Virus record (IMG/VR): IMGVR_UViG_3300017917_000952
Coordinates: 62,001-126,000 of that record
Strand: one strand, 5' to 3'
Length of the DNA: 64,000 nucleotides
Position 1 is the first letter of the stretch. Each line of letters begins with the position of its first letter. The position numbers and the translations under genes are program-made. Below the pieces are notes generated by a model. It had not been told where the DNA came from. It worked only from the letters and a program-made list of their open reading frames with translations, and did no database searches. Below are positions 23,281-31,643 of this stretch, piece by piece.

Positions 23281-24289
23281 TTTTTTGATCGTCCTCATCA
23301 ATGCAAGACCTCATTCCGCACTTTTGAGGTCCTTGCGGAGGCATCCACCCGGGGTGCCAAATATTGCCTAGTGCAATGTTGTTACAGTTACTTCCGCTTA
23401 CCCATCCCTGAGCACCTATAACTAGTTTCTCAACTCCTGCGTTACACAACTGCCCGGTGAAACTAGGATGCTTGTTATACGTTTCCTCATATCGTTCTTG
23501 CCATGTAGTCTCTTGAAAATATATTTTTTCTTCGACTAGAGGACTTTTTTCAATTATAGGCGGTGGAGGGGGCGGGGGTGGCGGAGCAACTACTGGAGGT
23601 GCTTCAGCAAGGCGGCGGCGCATTTCTTCTTCTCTGCGTTTCTGTTCTTCTAAGCGTCTTGCTCTTTCTATTAAAACTTGTTCCCTATGCTCTTTGGTAA
23701 GATTAAAAAAATCAATCTTTTGCAGTTCTTCAAAAGAATACTTTAACATTCCTGCGGACGGATCTGCATTAAAATATAATTGTGTTTTAGTTATAACTAT
23801 ACCAAGTTCTTCTTCTAGTTCAAGAACTCTATTAATATCTTCTTCAACGTGTGTGTTTCTTATCGGTGCAGTAATTGAAATCTTTTTGTTTTTTGATTTA
23901 AAAGTATCAAATATATATTTGATTAAAGAGGGGCTTTGCCAAAAATGAAATGTTAGAATTAGATTATCAACATGAGGTTCTATAGCCCACCAATCCATCC
24001 ATAATCTGCCGCCGCTAGTATGTAAGGTAATGCTATCACTATTTGCTCTGCATAGTTTGAGTAATTGGGGCATATAGTCCATATCCAGTGGCTCGCCTCC
24101 ATTAAATATCCAATCAATGCTTCTGTTTTGCTTTATCTTGTAAGAATCGATTAGCAGTTGGGCAATTCTAAGATACTCGTTTATGTCTTGAGGAACTGGA
24201 CCCCCTCGAGAGCTCGTTGGACAATATTCACATTGGGCCTTACAATAGTCGTTTAAGGTCCAGGAAATAATGGTTTTTAAATTATCCAT
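23252..24289 (-). CDS. Radical SAM protein with C-terminal Cys-containing (twitch/SPASM-like) domain
   Basis: YCKAQCEYC (CxxxCxxC), NGGEP, TSG, C-terminal CNAG...C...CGMRSC; internal coiled coil and poly-Pro. Confidence 0.8.
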   Translation of the reverse strand: MDNLKTIISWTLNDYCKAQCEYCPTSSRGGPVPQDINEYLRIAQLLIDSYKIKQNRSIDWIFNGGEPLDMDYMPQLLKLCRANSDSITLHTSGGRLWMDWWAIEPHVDNLILTFHFWQSPSLIKYIFDTFKSKNKKISITAPIRNTHVEEDINRVLELEEELGIVITKTQLYFNADPSAGMLKYSFEELQKIDFFNLTKEHREQVLIERARRLEEQKRREEEMRRRLAEAPPVVAPPPPPPPPPIIEKSPLVEEKIYFQETTWQERYEETYNKHPSFTGQLCNAGVEKLVIGAQGWVSGSNCNNIALGNIWHPGWMPPQGPQKCGMRSCIDEDDQKITKFPLTDL

Positions 24290-24296
24290 AATATAG

Positions 24297-24325
24297 TTGA
24301 CAGGTCTAAATACACTCTGTATAAT
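24297..24325 (+). promoter_or_regulatory. Consensus sigma70-like promoter
   Basis: TTGACA-N17-TATAAT. Confidence 0.8.
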
Positions 24326-24350
24326 GTACTTATCTTATCAAGGCTATAAA

Positions 24351-24638
24351 ATGCAGGCTAACCCAAATAGATACCAAGAAGCATTAGACATTCTGCAGGA
24401 AGAATGCGGAGAAGTAATTGTAGAAGTTAGCAAGTGTCGCAGGTTTGGTCTAAATACAACACATTACAAAACAGGCCTAGAGCATAACAAAATGCTCGAA
24501 ATTGAAATAGGTGATGTGTTAGCAATGATTGATATCTTAGAAGAACAGGGTATCATAGACCACACTGCGTTAATGCACGCCAAGTCAAAGAAAAAAGAAA
24601 AACTTAAACAATGGTCAAAAATATATGAGCAAAATTAA
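24351..24638 (+). CDS. MazG-like all-alpha NTP pyrophosphohydrolase
   Basis: LQEECGEV...EIEIGDVLAMI (EExxE...ExxD); start at 24351. Confidence 0.7.
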   Translation: MQANPNRYQEALDILQEECGEVIVEVSKCRRFGLNTTHYKTGLEHNKMLEIEIGDVLAMIDILEEQGIIDHTALMHAKSKKKEKLKQWSKIYEQN

Positions 24639-25479
24639 AGTCGCAGAATTATTCTATTCTATTCAAGGCGAAGGACGCTATATGGGTGTTCCTTCTGTCT
24701 TTCTTCGCACCTTTGGGTGTAATTTTAAATGCCAAGGGTTTGGCATGCCACGAGGAGAACTAAGCAATGAGGCAGAAAATATTGACGCTACTAAGTACAC
24801 CGAGTACAAATCGCTTCCTTTGGTTTCTACAGGTTGTGACAGTTACGCTAGTTGGGATCCTCGCTTTAAGCATCTATCCCCTCTTCTGGATACTTCTGCG
24901 ATTGCCGACGCTATTGTGGATACGTTACCGCACAAGGAATGGCGGGACGAACATCTCGTAATTACAGGTGGTGAGCCTTTGCTAGGTTGGCAGAAGCAGT
25001 ATCCTGATTTACTCGATCATCCTAAGATGCGTAGTTTGAGAGAAATTACATTTGAGACAAACGGTACAATGCGCCTAACGCCTGCATTCACAGAATATCT
25101 AAAAAACTGGCAATGGAGTCACGAAAAGAACCTTACAAGAGAAATTACATTTAGTGTCAGTGCTAAACTTCCTGTAAGTGGCGAACCGTGGAAGGATGCT
25201 ATCAAACCGGCCGTGGTTAAATCTTATCAAGACATTGGTGCCAACGTCTATCTTAAGTTTGTGATTACCAACGAAGAAGATTTAAAGGACGCTGAACGAG
25301 CAGTCGAAGAATTTAGGGCAGGTGGGTTTACTGGACACGTATACCTTATGCCTGTTGGCGGTGTAGAGTCTGTGTATGCACTAAACAATAGGAACGTAGC
25401 AGACATTGCCATGCGTAAAGGTTGGAGATATTCAGATCGACTTCAAGTGCCACTGTTTAAAAACGAGTGGGGCACCTAA
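24625..25479 (+). CDS. queE: 7-carboxy-7-deazaguanine synthase (radical SAM)
   Basis: ELFYSIQGEG...GVPSVFLRTFGCNFKC...CDS, ITGGEP, ETNGT, SVSAK, LKFV, RLQV. Confidence 0.85.
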   Translation: MSKIKVAELFYSIQGEGRYMGVPSVFLRTFGCNFKCQGFGMPRGELSNEAENIDATKYTEYKSLPLVSTGCDSYASWDPRFKHLSPLLDTSAIADAIVDTLPHKEWRDEHLVITGGEPLLGWQKQYPDLLDHPKMRSLREITFETNGTMRLTPAFTEYLKNWQWSHEKNLTREITFSVSAKLPVSGEPWKDAIKPAVVKSYQDIGANVYLKFVITNEEDLKDAERAVEEFRAGGFTGHVYLMPVGGVESVYALNNRNVADIAMRKGWRYSDRLQVPLFKNEWGT

Positions 25480-25694
25480 TGGAAACTCGAACTCGAACAA
25501 TAGCAAGGATGGTAAGTTATAGAATAACTGCCTGGCTGTTCACTATTCTTTGGACGTATCTCTTTACAGGCGACATTGGAAGTGCAACAGGATTTGCTAC
25601 TGCATTACATATTCTTTTGAGTATTGATTACTACATACACGAAAGACTATGGCTTAAAATTAAATGGGGTAGGATTGATGAAAAAAATAGTTGA
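25479..25694 (+). CDS. Small membrane protein (DUF2061-like)
   Basis: R..A..SYR...YYIHERLWLKIKWG. Confidence 0.6.
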   Translation: METRTRTIARMVSYRITAWLFTILWTYLFTGDIGSATGFATALHILLSIDYYIHERLWLKIKWGRIDEKNS

Positions 25695-26124
25695 GAAAAT
25701 TTTCGGTATTGATAAAATAAAGGCACAGACCGAAGCAAGTATTAAGGCAGCAGAAGAAGCCAAACGTATTGCAGAAGAAGCCACTGCGGCTGCTGAACGT
25801 GCTAAAGAAGCAGAACGTTTGGCAAAATTAAGTCCAAAAGAATTGGCTACAGAAAAGAAAGAGCCGTGGATCGCTGTTTTGGAAACTCATGTAAACAAAG
25901 AAAATGTTCGTAATGGTTTTTTCGAACTTGACTGGAATGAGTATTTTGTGTTACAATTACGTAGTGCTGGATATACTGGCGCTACAGATGAAGAAATTGT
26001 TGATCAATGGTTCAATGAACTTTGTCGTAACGTTGGTGCCGACGAGGGCATTGATATGAGCCGACGCGGCGCAGGCTATGTAAATCGCGCCCTACGTGAT
26101 GATGGACGAACTGAGGTCAGTTAA
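25678..26124 (+). CDS. Hypothetical protein
   Basis: Start MKKIV at 25678; coiled coil then EPWIAV...FFELDWN. Confidence 0.65.
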   Translation: MKKIVEKIFGIDKIKAQTEASIKAAEEAKRIAEEATAAAERAKEAERLAKLSPKELATEKKEPWIAVLETHVNKENVRNGFFELDWNEYFVLQLRSAGYTGATDEEIVDQWFNELCRNVGADEGIDMSRRGAGYVNRALRDDGRTEVS

Positions 26125-27116
26125 TGAACAAAACTTATATTCTGGTAGATACCGCTAATACTTTTTTCCGTGCTCGACACGTTATCCGTGGTTCACTAGA
26201 AGATAAAGTTGGTATGAGCATTCATACCACTTTGGGCAGTATTCGCAAGGCATGGCGTGACTTTAACGGCGATCACATTGTATTCTGCCTCGAAGGTCGC
26301 AGTTGGCGCAAGGATCATTACGCTCCGTACAAGCGCAACCGCTCCGACGCTCGGGCCGCGCTCAGCCCTCGCGAGGCTGAAGAAGATCGTGTGTTTTGGG
26401 AAACATTCGATCAGTTTAAAGACTTCATAATCAATAAGACAAACTGCACAGTTCTGCATCATCAACAACTAGAAGCAGACGACCTTATTGCAGGGTTTAT
26501 TCAAAGTCATCCTAATGATAATCATGTCATCATTAGTACAGATGGAGACTTTGCACAACTGATTGCACCCAATGTCAAACAGTACAACGGTGTAATGGAA
26601 GTCACAACTACTCACGAAGGATACTTTGATGCCAAAGGTAAACCTGTTGTTGATAAGAAAACTGGTGAAGCAAAAGGCGCACCGGACCCAAAATGGCTAC
26701 TCTTTGAGAAGTGTATGCGTGGCGACACCTCCGACAACATCTTTAGTGCATATCCGGGAGTACGTGAGAAAGGCACAAAGAATAAGGTTGGTCTCCGTGA
26801 AGCGTTTGCAGATCGCGATAGTAAAGGTTGGGCGTGGAACAATCTGATGCTTCAGCGTTGGATGGATCACGAAGGTGTCGAACATCGTGTGCTTGACGAT
26901 TATAACCGTAATGTTACTCTTTGTGACCTGACTGCACAACCCGAAGAGATTAAATACATTATTAAAGAAACAATTGAAAAAGCAACAACAGCAGAAAAGA
27001 ATATTCCGCAAGTTGGAATCAGACTTATGAAATTCTGCGCGGAATACGATCTGCAGAAAATTAGCGAACAGGTACAGAGCTATGCAGAACCACTCAATGC
27101 AAGGTACACGGCATAA
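26124..27116 (+). CDS. rnh: T4 RNase H / 5'-3' exonuclease (FEN1 fold)
   Basis: LVDTAN, EADDLIA, ISTDGDFAQL, GDTSDNI. Confidence 0.88.
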   Translation: MNKTYILVDTANTFFRARHVIRGSLEDKVGMSIHTTLGSIRKAWRDFNGDHIVFCLEGRSWRKDHYAPYKRNRSDARAALSPREAEEDRVFWETFDQFKDFIINKTNCTVLHHQQLEADDLIAGFIQSHPNDNHVIISTDGDFAQLIAPNVKQYNGVMEVTTTHEGYFDAKGKPVVDKKTGEAKGAPDPKWLLFEKCMRGDTSDNIFSAYPGVREKGTKNKVGLREAFADRDSKGWAWNNLMLQRWMDHEGVEHRVLDDYNRNVTLCDLTAQPEEIKYIIKETIEKATTAEKNIPQVGIRLMKFCAEYDLQKISEQVQSYAEPLNARYTA

Positions 27117-27174
27117 AATATGTCCGTATGAAACTTCTTGCCAACATAAAACAGACAGATGCAGGGTTGACCAA

Positions 27175-27654
27175 ATGAATACAGCAAAAGTTCTTATTCC
27201 AAATAAAGAATGGGTAGTTACTGAAGATCATAAAAAGATCGGCGCAATTACTAAGGACAAAAAAGGCTATCAGTTTATCCACAAGGGCAAGACTGTTGGA
27301 TTTAAAAATCTAGCAGAACTTAAAGCTCAATTGGGTATTGAACTTTTTGAAGAAAGCATTAAAAAGAAATCGCAAGAAACAGATAGCAAGAATTATGTTA
27401 TCTATGACTTCCCTTGCAGTTCTAAGCCCTACGAATCTGTTTACAGTGTAAAAGAAAAACTTCCGTTATTTGCCAAAAGTGCAAAGAGCAAGAGTAGGTA
27501 CTGTGCTGGTTATTATGTAATTAAATTCCGTAAAGGTTGGGTTAAAAGTTTTTGTCCAAAACTAATCACACTACAGCGATATCCATATTACGGTCCGTTC
27601 AAAACTGAAGCAGAAATGAAACTGACTCTAAATAGTGTAAATAGATCAGTATGA
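27175..27654 (+). CDS. Hypothetical protein
   Basis: Likely start MNTAK at 27175. Confidence 0.65.
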   Translation: MNTAKVLIPNKEWVVTEDHKKIGAITKDKKGYQFIHKGKTVGFKNLAELKAQLGIELFEESIKKKSQETDSKNYVIYDFPCSSKPYESVYSVKEKLPLFAKSAKSKSRYCAGYYVIKFRKGWVKSFCPKLITLQRYPYYGPFKTEAEMKLTLNSVNRSV

Positions 27655-27857
27655 GCGACCTTAACACATTCCCTATTGAAGACTTCCTAAATAAGGCTCG
27701 ATTGGCTATCAAAACCAATCAAAAGAGCCTTACTCTGACTATAAAAGAAGCAACTGATCTTCAAAATAGTCTTAGTGTTGTTATGACTCGTCTTGCAGGT
27801 GAAGCACAGTCTAAACAAGAAGACATTACCATTAAACTCAACGGCGGAACTTTTTAA
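27651..27857 (+). CDS. Small hypothetical protein
   Basis: 68-aa ORF, ATGA coupling. Confidence 0.6.
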   Translation: MSDLNTFPIEDFLNKARLAIKTNQKSLTLTIKEATDLQNSLSVVMTRLAGEAQSKQEDITIKLNGGTF

Positions 27858-27864
27858 ATTTTTG

Positions 27865-27899
27865 GTAAATATATACGCACTTATCGGAGCAAGCGTATA
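27865..27899 (+). promoter_or_regulatory. Late-type motif GTAAATA followed by hairpin enclosing the RBS
   Basis: GTAAATA 27865-27871; TATACGC (27872-27878) pairs with GCGTATA (27893-27899) around GGAG. Confidence 0.5.
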
Positions 27900-27901
27900 C
27901 T

Positions 27902-28201
27902 ATGAGCAGACCAAAACCGACCGTTTTATTAGAGATAACTAATAAAAAGACATATAAAACAGAGCAAGTTTTAGATGCCGAGGCCATTTGGGCTGTTTTT
28001 TACAAAGACAAGCCCATCAATTTAAAAACTAACAGTATTATAGCACAACAGGTTGGGCCAAAATACAAGAAGGTTAGTTTTTCAAATAGTGGCCACGCAT
28101 TTAATCTAGCCGAAAAATTGAACAAAATGTTCAATAGTCAGGACTTCTCTGTTTATAAACTAACCACAGGCGAGAAGTTCCTTGAAGAACCAAAAGATTG
28201 A
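27902..28201 (+). CDS. Hypothetical protein
   Basis: MSRPKPTVLLE...YKKVSFSNSGHAFNLAEKLN. Confidence 0.7.
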   Translation: MSRPKPTVLLEITNKKTYKTEQVLDAEAIWAVFYKDKPINLKTNSIIAQQVGPKYKKVSFSNSGHAFNLAEKLNKMFNSQDFSVYKLTTGEKFLEEPKD

Positions 28202-28574
28202 AATAACAAACTATCTGGCTACAGCAGAAGGACTTTCCCTTGAAGATCCGTATCCAAGGAAGTGGTTGTCTGCATGGTGGCAGAATCCTCGTCTAAAAGA
28301 AAACGGTGGGCTTAGATTAACCGAATCTGGTTTCGAAGTGATGTCCAAACACTTCACACCACACATGGTCAAATTTGAAGATGCGCTAAAAATGAAATTT
28401 AGCAATCAATTAATTCTGCGTTTGGATAACTTCATTACCTGCCCATGGTATATTACTCATAGAGCCGTTTGGGTTTTTGATGATAAAATGGCTGTCCAAT
28501 TAGTGTTGTTTTCTGGCAACATTGAAAAATTTACCACTGCAAAAGCAAGATCTATTGACAAAACACTTAATTAA
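28182..28574 (+). CDS. Hypothetical protein
   Basis: 130-aa ORF; exact start uncertain. Confidence 0.6.
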   Translation: MKNQKIEITNYLATAEGLSLEDPYPRKWLSAWWQNPRLKENGGLRLTESGFEVMSKHFTPHMVKFEDALKMKFSNQLILRLDNFITCPWYITHRAVWVFDDKMAVQLVLFSGNIEKFTTAKARSIDKTLN

Positions 28575-28583
28575 GCGTATAAT
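28555..28583 (+). promoter_or_regulatory. Consensus sigma70-like promoter
   Basis: TTGACA-N17-TATAAT. Confidence 0.8.
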
Positions 28584-28647
28584 AGTGACATACTGATGCA
28601 AAAGGCACAGTACTTTCACCCAAACTTAATTTTTTTGAAAGTGTAAA

Positions 28648-29730
28648 ATGGCAGAGCAAATTTCCACCAGCCGAACTGTTACTCCTAACGAAGCAAAGCG
28701 AGCTCTTCGTAAGTGTATCAAAATTCAACGCCCTGTGTTTATGTGGGGTCCTCCGGGTATTGGTAAGTCCGATATCGTCAAGCAAATCGGCGAAGAATAC
28801 GAACGCGAAGTTGTCGACGTTCGACTCAGTCTTTGGGAACCTACTGATATCAAAGGTATCCCTTATTACAACGGCCAGGCCAATACTATGAGCTGGGCTC
28901 CTCCTGCAGAACTGCCTACCGACGAAGACAGCACTGCTATTCTGTTCCTTGACGAACTGAATTCTGCGGCTCCTGCTACTCAAGCGGCTGCTTATCAACT
29001 TATCCTGAATCGCCGTGTTGGTACTTATGTACTGCCCAAAGGTGTTTCAATTGTTGCCGCCGGTAACCGTGAAACTGACAAGGGTGTTACTTATCGTATG
29101 CCTGCTCCGCTGGCTAACCGTTTTGTTCACATTGAACTTAAAACGGATTACGAAGACTGGCTCCAATGGGCTACTATCAATCGTGTTCACGAACAAGTGG
29201 TTGGTTACGTTGGCTTTGCCAAGCAAGACCTTTACGACTTCGATCCTAAGTCTGCAAGCCGGGCATTCGCTACTCCTCGTTCTTGGTCCTTTGTTAGCGA
29301 ACTTCTGCAAGACGACGACCTGCCCGAGAACACTCTGACTGATCTAGTCGCTGGTGCTATCGGCGAAGGTCTTGCTGTTAAGTTCATGGCTCACCGTAAG
29401 GTTGCCAAGCAGATGCCTAAGCCCGAAGACATTCTGGCAGGCAAGGTCAAGAAGTGTGACATCAAAGAAATCTCTGCGATGTATTCGCTAACTGTTTCTA
29501 TGTGCTACGAACTCCAAACTGCACATGAGAAGAAAGTAAAAGACTGGGATTCGATGGCAGACAACTTCTTCGGCTTCATGATGGATAACTTCCCGACTGA
29601 ATTGGTTGTTATGGGTGCAAAGGTTGCGTTGACTAACTATCAACTGCCGTTTGATGCTTCCAAACTGACAAACTTCGATCGCTTCCACGACAAGTACGGT
29701 AAGTTCATTATCACTGCAATGGAAGGTTAA
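28648..29730 (+). CDS. MoxR-like AAA+ ATPase
   Basis: GPPGIGKS, LFLDELN, AAGN, ANRF, TPRSW. Confidence 0.88.
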   Translation: MAEQISTSRTVTPNEAKRALRKCIKIQRPVFMWGPPGIGKSDIVKQIGEEYEREVVDVRLSLWEPTDIKGIPYYNGQANTMSWAPPAELPTDEDSTAILFLDELNSAAPATQAAAYQLILNRRVGTYVLPKGVSIVAAGNRETDKGVTYRMPAPLANRFVHIELKTDYEDWLQWATINRVHEQVVGYVGFAKQDLYDFDPKSASRAFATPRSWSFVSELLQDDDLPENTLTDLVAGAIGEGLAVKFMAHRKVAKQMPKPEDILAGKVKKCDIKEISAMYSLTVSMCYELQTAHEKKVKDWDSMADNFFGFMMDNFPTELVVMGAKVALTNYQLPFDASKLTNFDRFHDKYGKFIITAMEG

Positions 29731-29734
29731 AATT

Positions 29735-29756
29735 GGGCCCTCCGGGGCCCTTTTTT
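29735..29756 (+). terminator. Rho-independent terminator
   Basis: GGGCCC-TCCG-GGGCCC followed by TTTTTT. Confidence 0.8.
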
Positions 29757-29758
29757 AC

Positions 29759-29787
29759 TTGCATTTTTTCTTTTTTGAGTGTATAAT
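29759..29787 (+). promoter_or_regulatory. sigma70-like promoter
   Basis: TTGCAT-N17-TATAAT; AGGAG SD downstream. Confidence 0.7.
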
Positions 29788-29818
29788 AGATATATACAGT
29801 TAAACACAGGAGCACTTA

Positions 29819-31087
29819 ATGTCTGCAAAAAACTCCACTGCCAGCAAACAAAAGCCTATCCAAAAGCAAGAATTTACACAGGATCAAAAAAACAAAATTG
29901 TTGAAAAACTGATCACTGCTCGTATCGGTCTTCTGCTTCGTCATCCGTTTTTCGGTAACTTGGCTACACGACTCAAACTTGTAGATGCTACCGATTGGTG
30001 TGGTACTTTGGCTACCGACGGTCGCCATTTCTATTACAATAATGACTTCGTTAACGCACTGACTCCAAAAGAATGTGAGTTTGGTTTTGCACACGAAGTT
30101 CTACATAATGTGTTCGATCACATGGGTCGGCGCGAAAGTCGAGATCCTCAATTGAGTAACATTGCCGCTGACTATGCGGCTAACCAAATCCTCAAAGATG
30201 AACGCATTGGTGAGGTTCCTAGTTTCATTAAGATCTTCCAAGATAACAAATATCGCGGTTGGTCTTATGAACAGATCTACGAAGAAATTGAAAAGAACGC
30301 AATCAAAATTGATCTTAGCCAACTCGGCGAACTGCTTGACGAACACCTCGACGGCGATGAAGGCGAAGGTGACGGTGACGGTGACGAGGACGGTAAAGAA
30401 GGTAAGGGCAAGCGTCCTAAGTTGACTCCCGAAGAGAAGAAACAGATTCGCGACGAGATTAAGGAAGCGATGGTTGCGGCGGCCCAAAGTGCTGGTGCAG
30501 GTAAGGTGCCTGCAGGTATTCAACGTATGATCCAATCCTTTACTGAGCCTAAAATGGATTGGCGCCAAATGTTGCGTATGAACATCCAAAGTATCTTCAA
30601 GAGCAACTTTAGTTTCAGTCGTCCTAACCGTAAGAGCCAACACTGCGGCGCTATTCTTCCTGGTATGATGAACGAAGAAACTATCGATGTTAGTGTTTGT
30701 ATTGACATGAGCGGTTCTATCAGCGACACAATGGCCCGTGACTTCTTGAGCGAAGTTAAAGGTATCATGGAAGAATACAAAGACTTTAAACTAGATCTGT
30801 GGTGCTTTGATACTGACATCTATAACTATCAGAAGTTCACTGGCGACACTGCCGACGACATTAATCAATATGAGTGCCAAGGCGGTGGCGGAACTGACTT
30901 CGATGTTAACTTCCAGTTCATGAAAGACAACGATATTCAGCCCAAGAAGTTTATCATGTTTACAGACGGCTACCCTTGCGGTAGTTGGGGTGACGAAGAT
31001 TACTGCGACACGCTGTTCATCGTCCACGGCAACAAAGAAATCGTTGCACCGTTTGGTCAGACAGCATACTACGAACTCGGAAAATGA
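29819..31087 (+). CDS. HExxH metallopeptidase-like + VWA domain protein (DUF2201-like)
   Basis: HEVLH; acidic linker; MIDAS DMSGS; GGGTDF; FTDG. Confidence 0.85.
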   Translation: MSAKNSTASKQKPIQKQEFTQDQKNKIVEKLITARIGLLLRHPFFGNLATRLKLVDATDWCGTLATDGRHFYYNNDFVNALTPKECEFGFAHEVLHNVFDHMGRRESRDPQLSNIAADYAANQILKDERIGEVPSFIKIFQDNKYRGWSYEQIYEEIEKNAIKIDLSQLGELLDEHLDGDEGEGDGDGDEDGKEGKGKRPKLTPEEKKQIRDEIKEAMVAAAQSAGAGKVPAGIQRMIQSFTEPKMDWRQMLRMNIQSIFKSNFSFSRPNRKSQHCGAILPGMMNEETIDVSVCIDMSGSISDTMARDFLSEVKGIMEEYKDFKLDLWCFDTDIYNYQKFTGDTADDINQYECQGGGGTDFDVNFQFMKDNDIQPKKFIMFTDGYPCGSWGDEDYCDTLFIVHGNKEIVAPFGQTAYYELGK

Positions 31088-31365
31088 GCCTAAGTAGAAA
31101 CGAAGTCAATCCGTTAAGTGTATTGGGGGTAAGGAAACTTTCCTTTATCCCTAATCACTTTACCAAAATATCGATAGCCAGCCAGGGCGATATCAGAAAT
31201 TTAGACCACTGGATCAACTACAACTTAAATAGTAGGTATGCGATCCGCAAAACTTTATCCCTAGACCAAAATAATAAAATGGTAGAGATGATAGAGGTAG
31301 GCTTAGAAGATCCAAGAGAGATTACTATGCTTACATTGGGTTGCCCTTATGTACATAAAAAATAA
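31084..31365 (+). CDS. Hypothetical protein
   Basis: 93-aa ORF, ATGA coupling. Confidence 0.6.
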   Translation: MSLSRNEVNPLSVLGVRKLSFIPNHFTKISIASQGDIRNLDHWINYNLNSRYAIRKTLSLDQNNKMVEMIEVGLEDPREITMLTLGCPYVHKK

Positions 31366-31379
31366 AAAGGATATCAAAC

Positions 31380-31634
31380 ATGGAAAACCAAGAACAAGCT
31401 CAAACTGTTAGCCAAGACGTTGGCGCACAGAACGAGGCTGCACAGGCTCCCCAACCAGAACTAAACATTGTTGACTTACAAAACATTCGTGCTATTATTG
31501 ACACGGCTGCTCGTAGGGGTGCATTCAGCGCTCAAGAAATGAGTAGCGTGGGAGGAGTCTTTGACAAACTAAATGCATTCGTTAATGCTGTTACACCACC
31601 ACCTGCTCCTCAAGAACCAGAAACCCAAGAATAA
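31380..31634 (+). CDS. Hypothetical protein
   Basis: 84-aa ORF, AAGGA SD. Confidence 0.65.
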   Translation: MENQEQAQTVSQDVGAQNEAAQAPQPELNIVDLQNIRAIIDTAARRGAFSAQEMSSVGGVFDKLNAFVNAVTPPPAPQEPETQE

Positions 31635-31643
31635 GGAGGGGAT

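Noticed and set aside
23560-23600. G-rich tract as G-quadruplex or regulatory repeat
   Set aside because: Explained by poly-proline codons of the minus-strand radical SAM gene
27167-27195. TTGACC as a -35 box
   Set aside because: No -10 hexamer at 16-18 nt spacing
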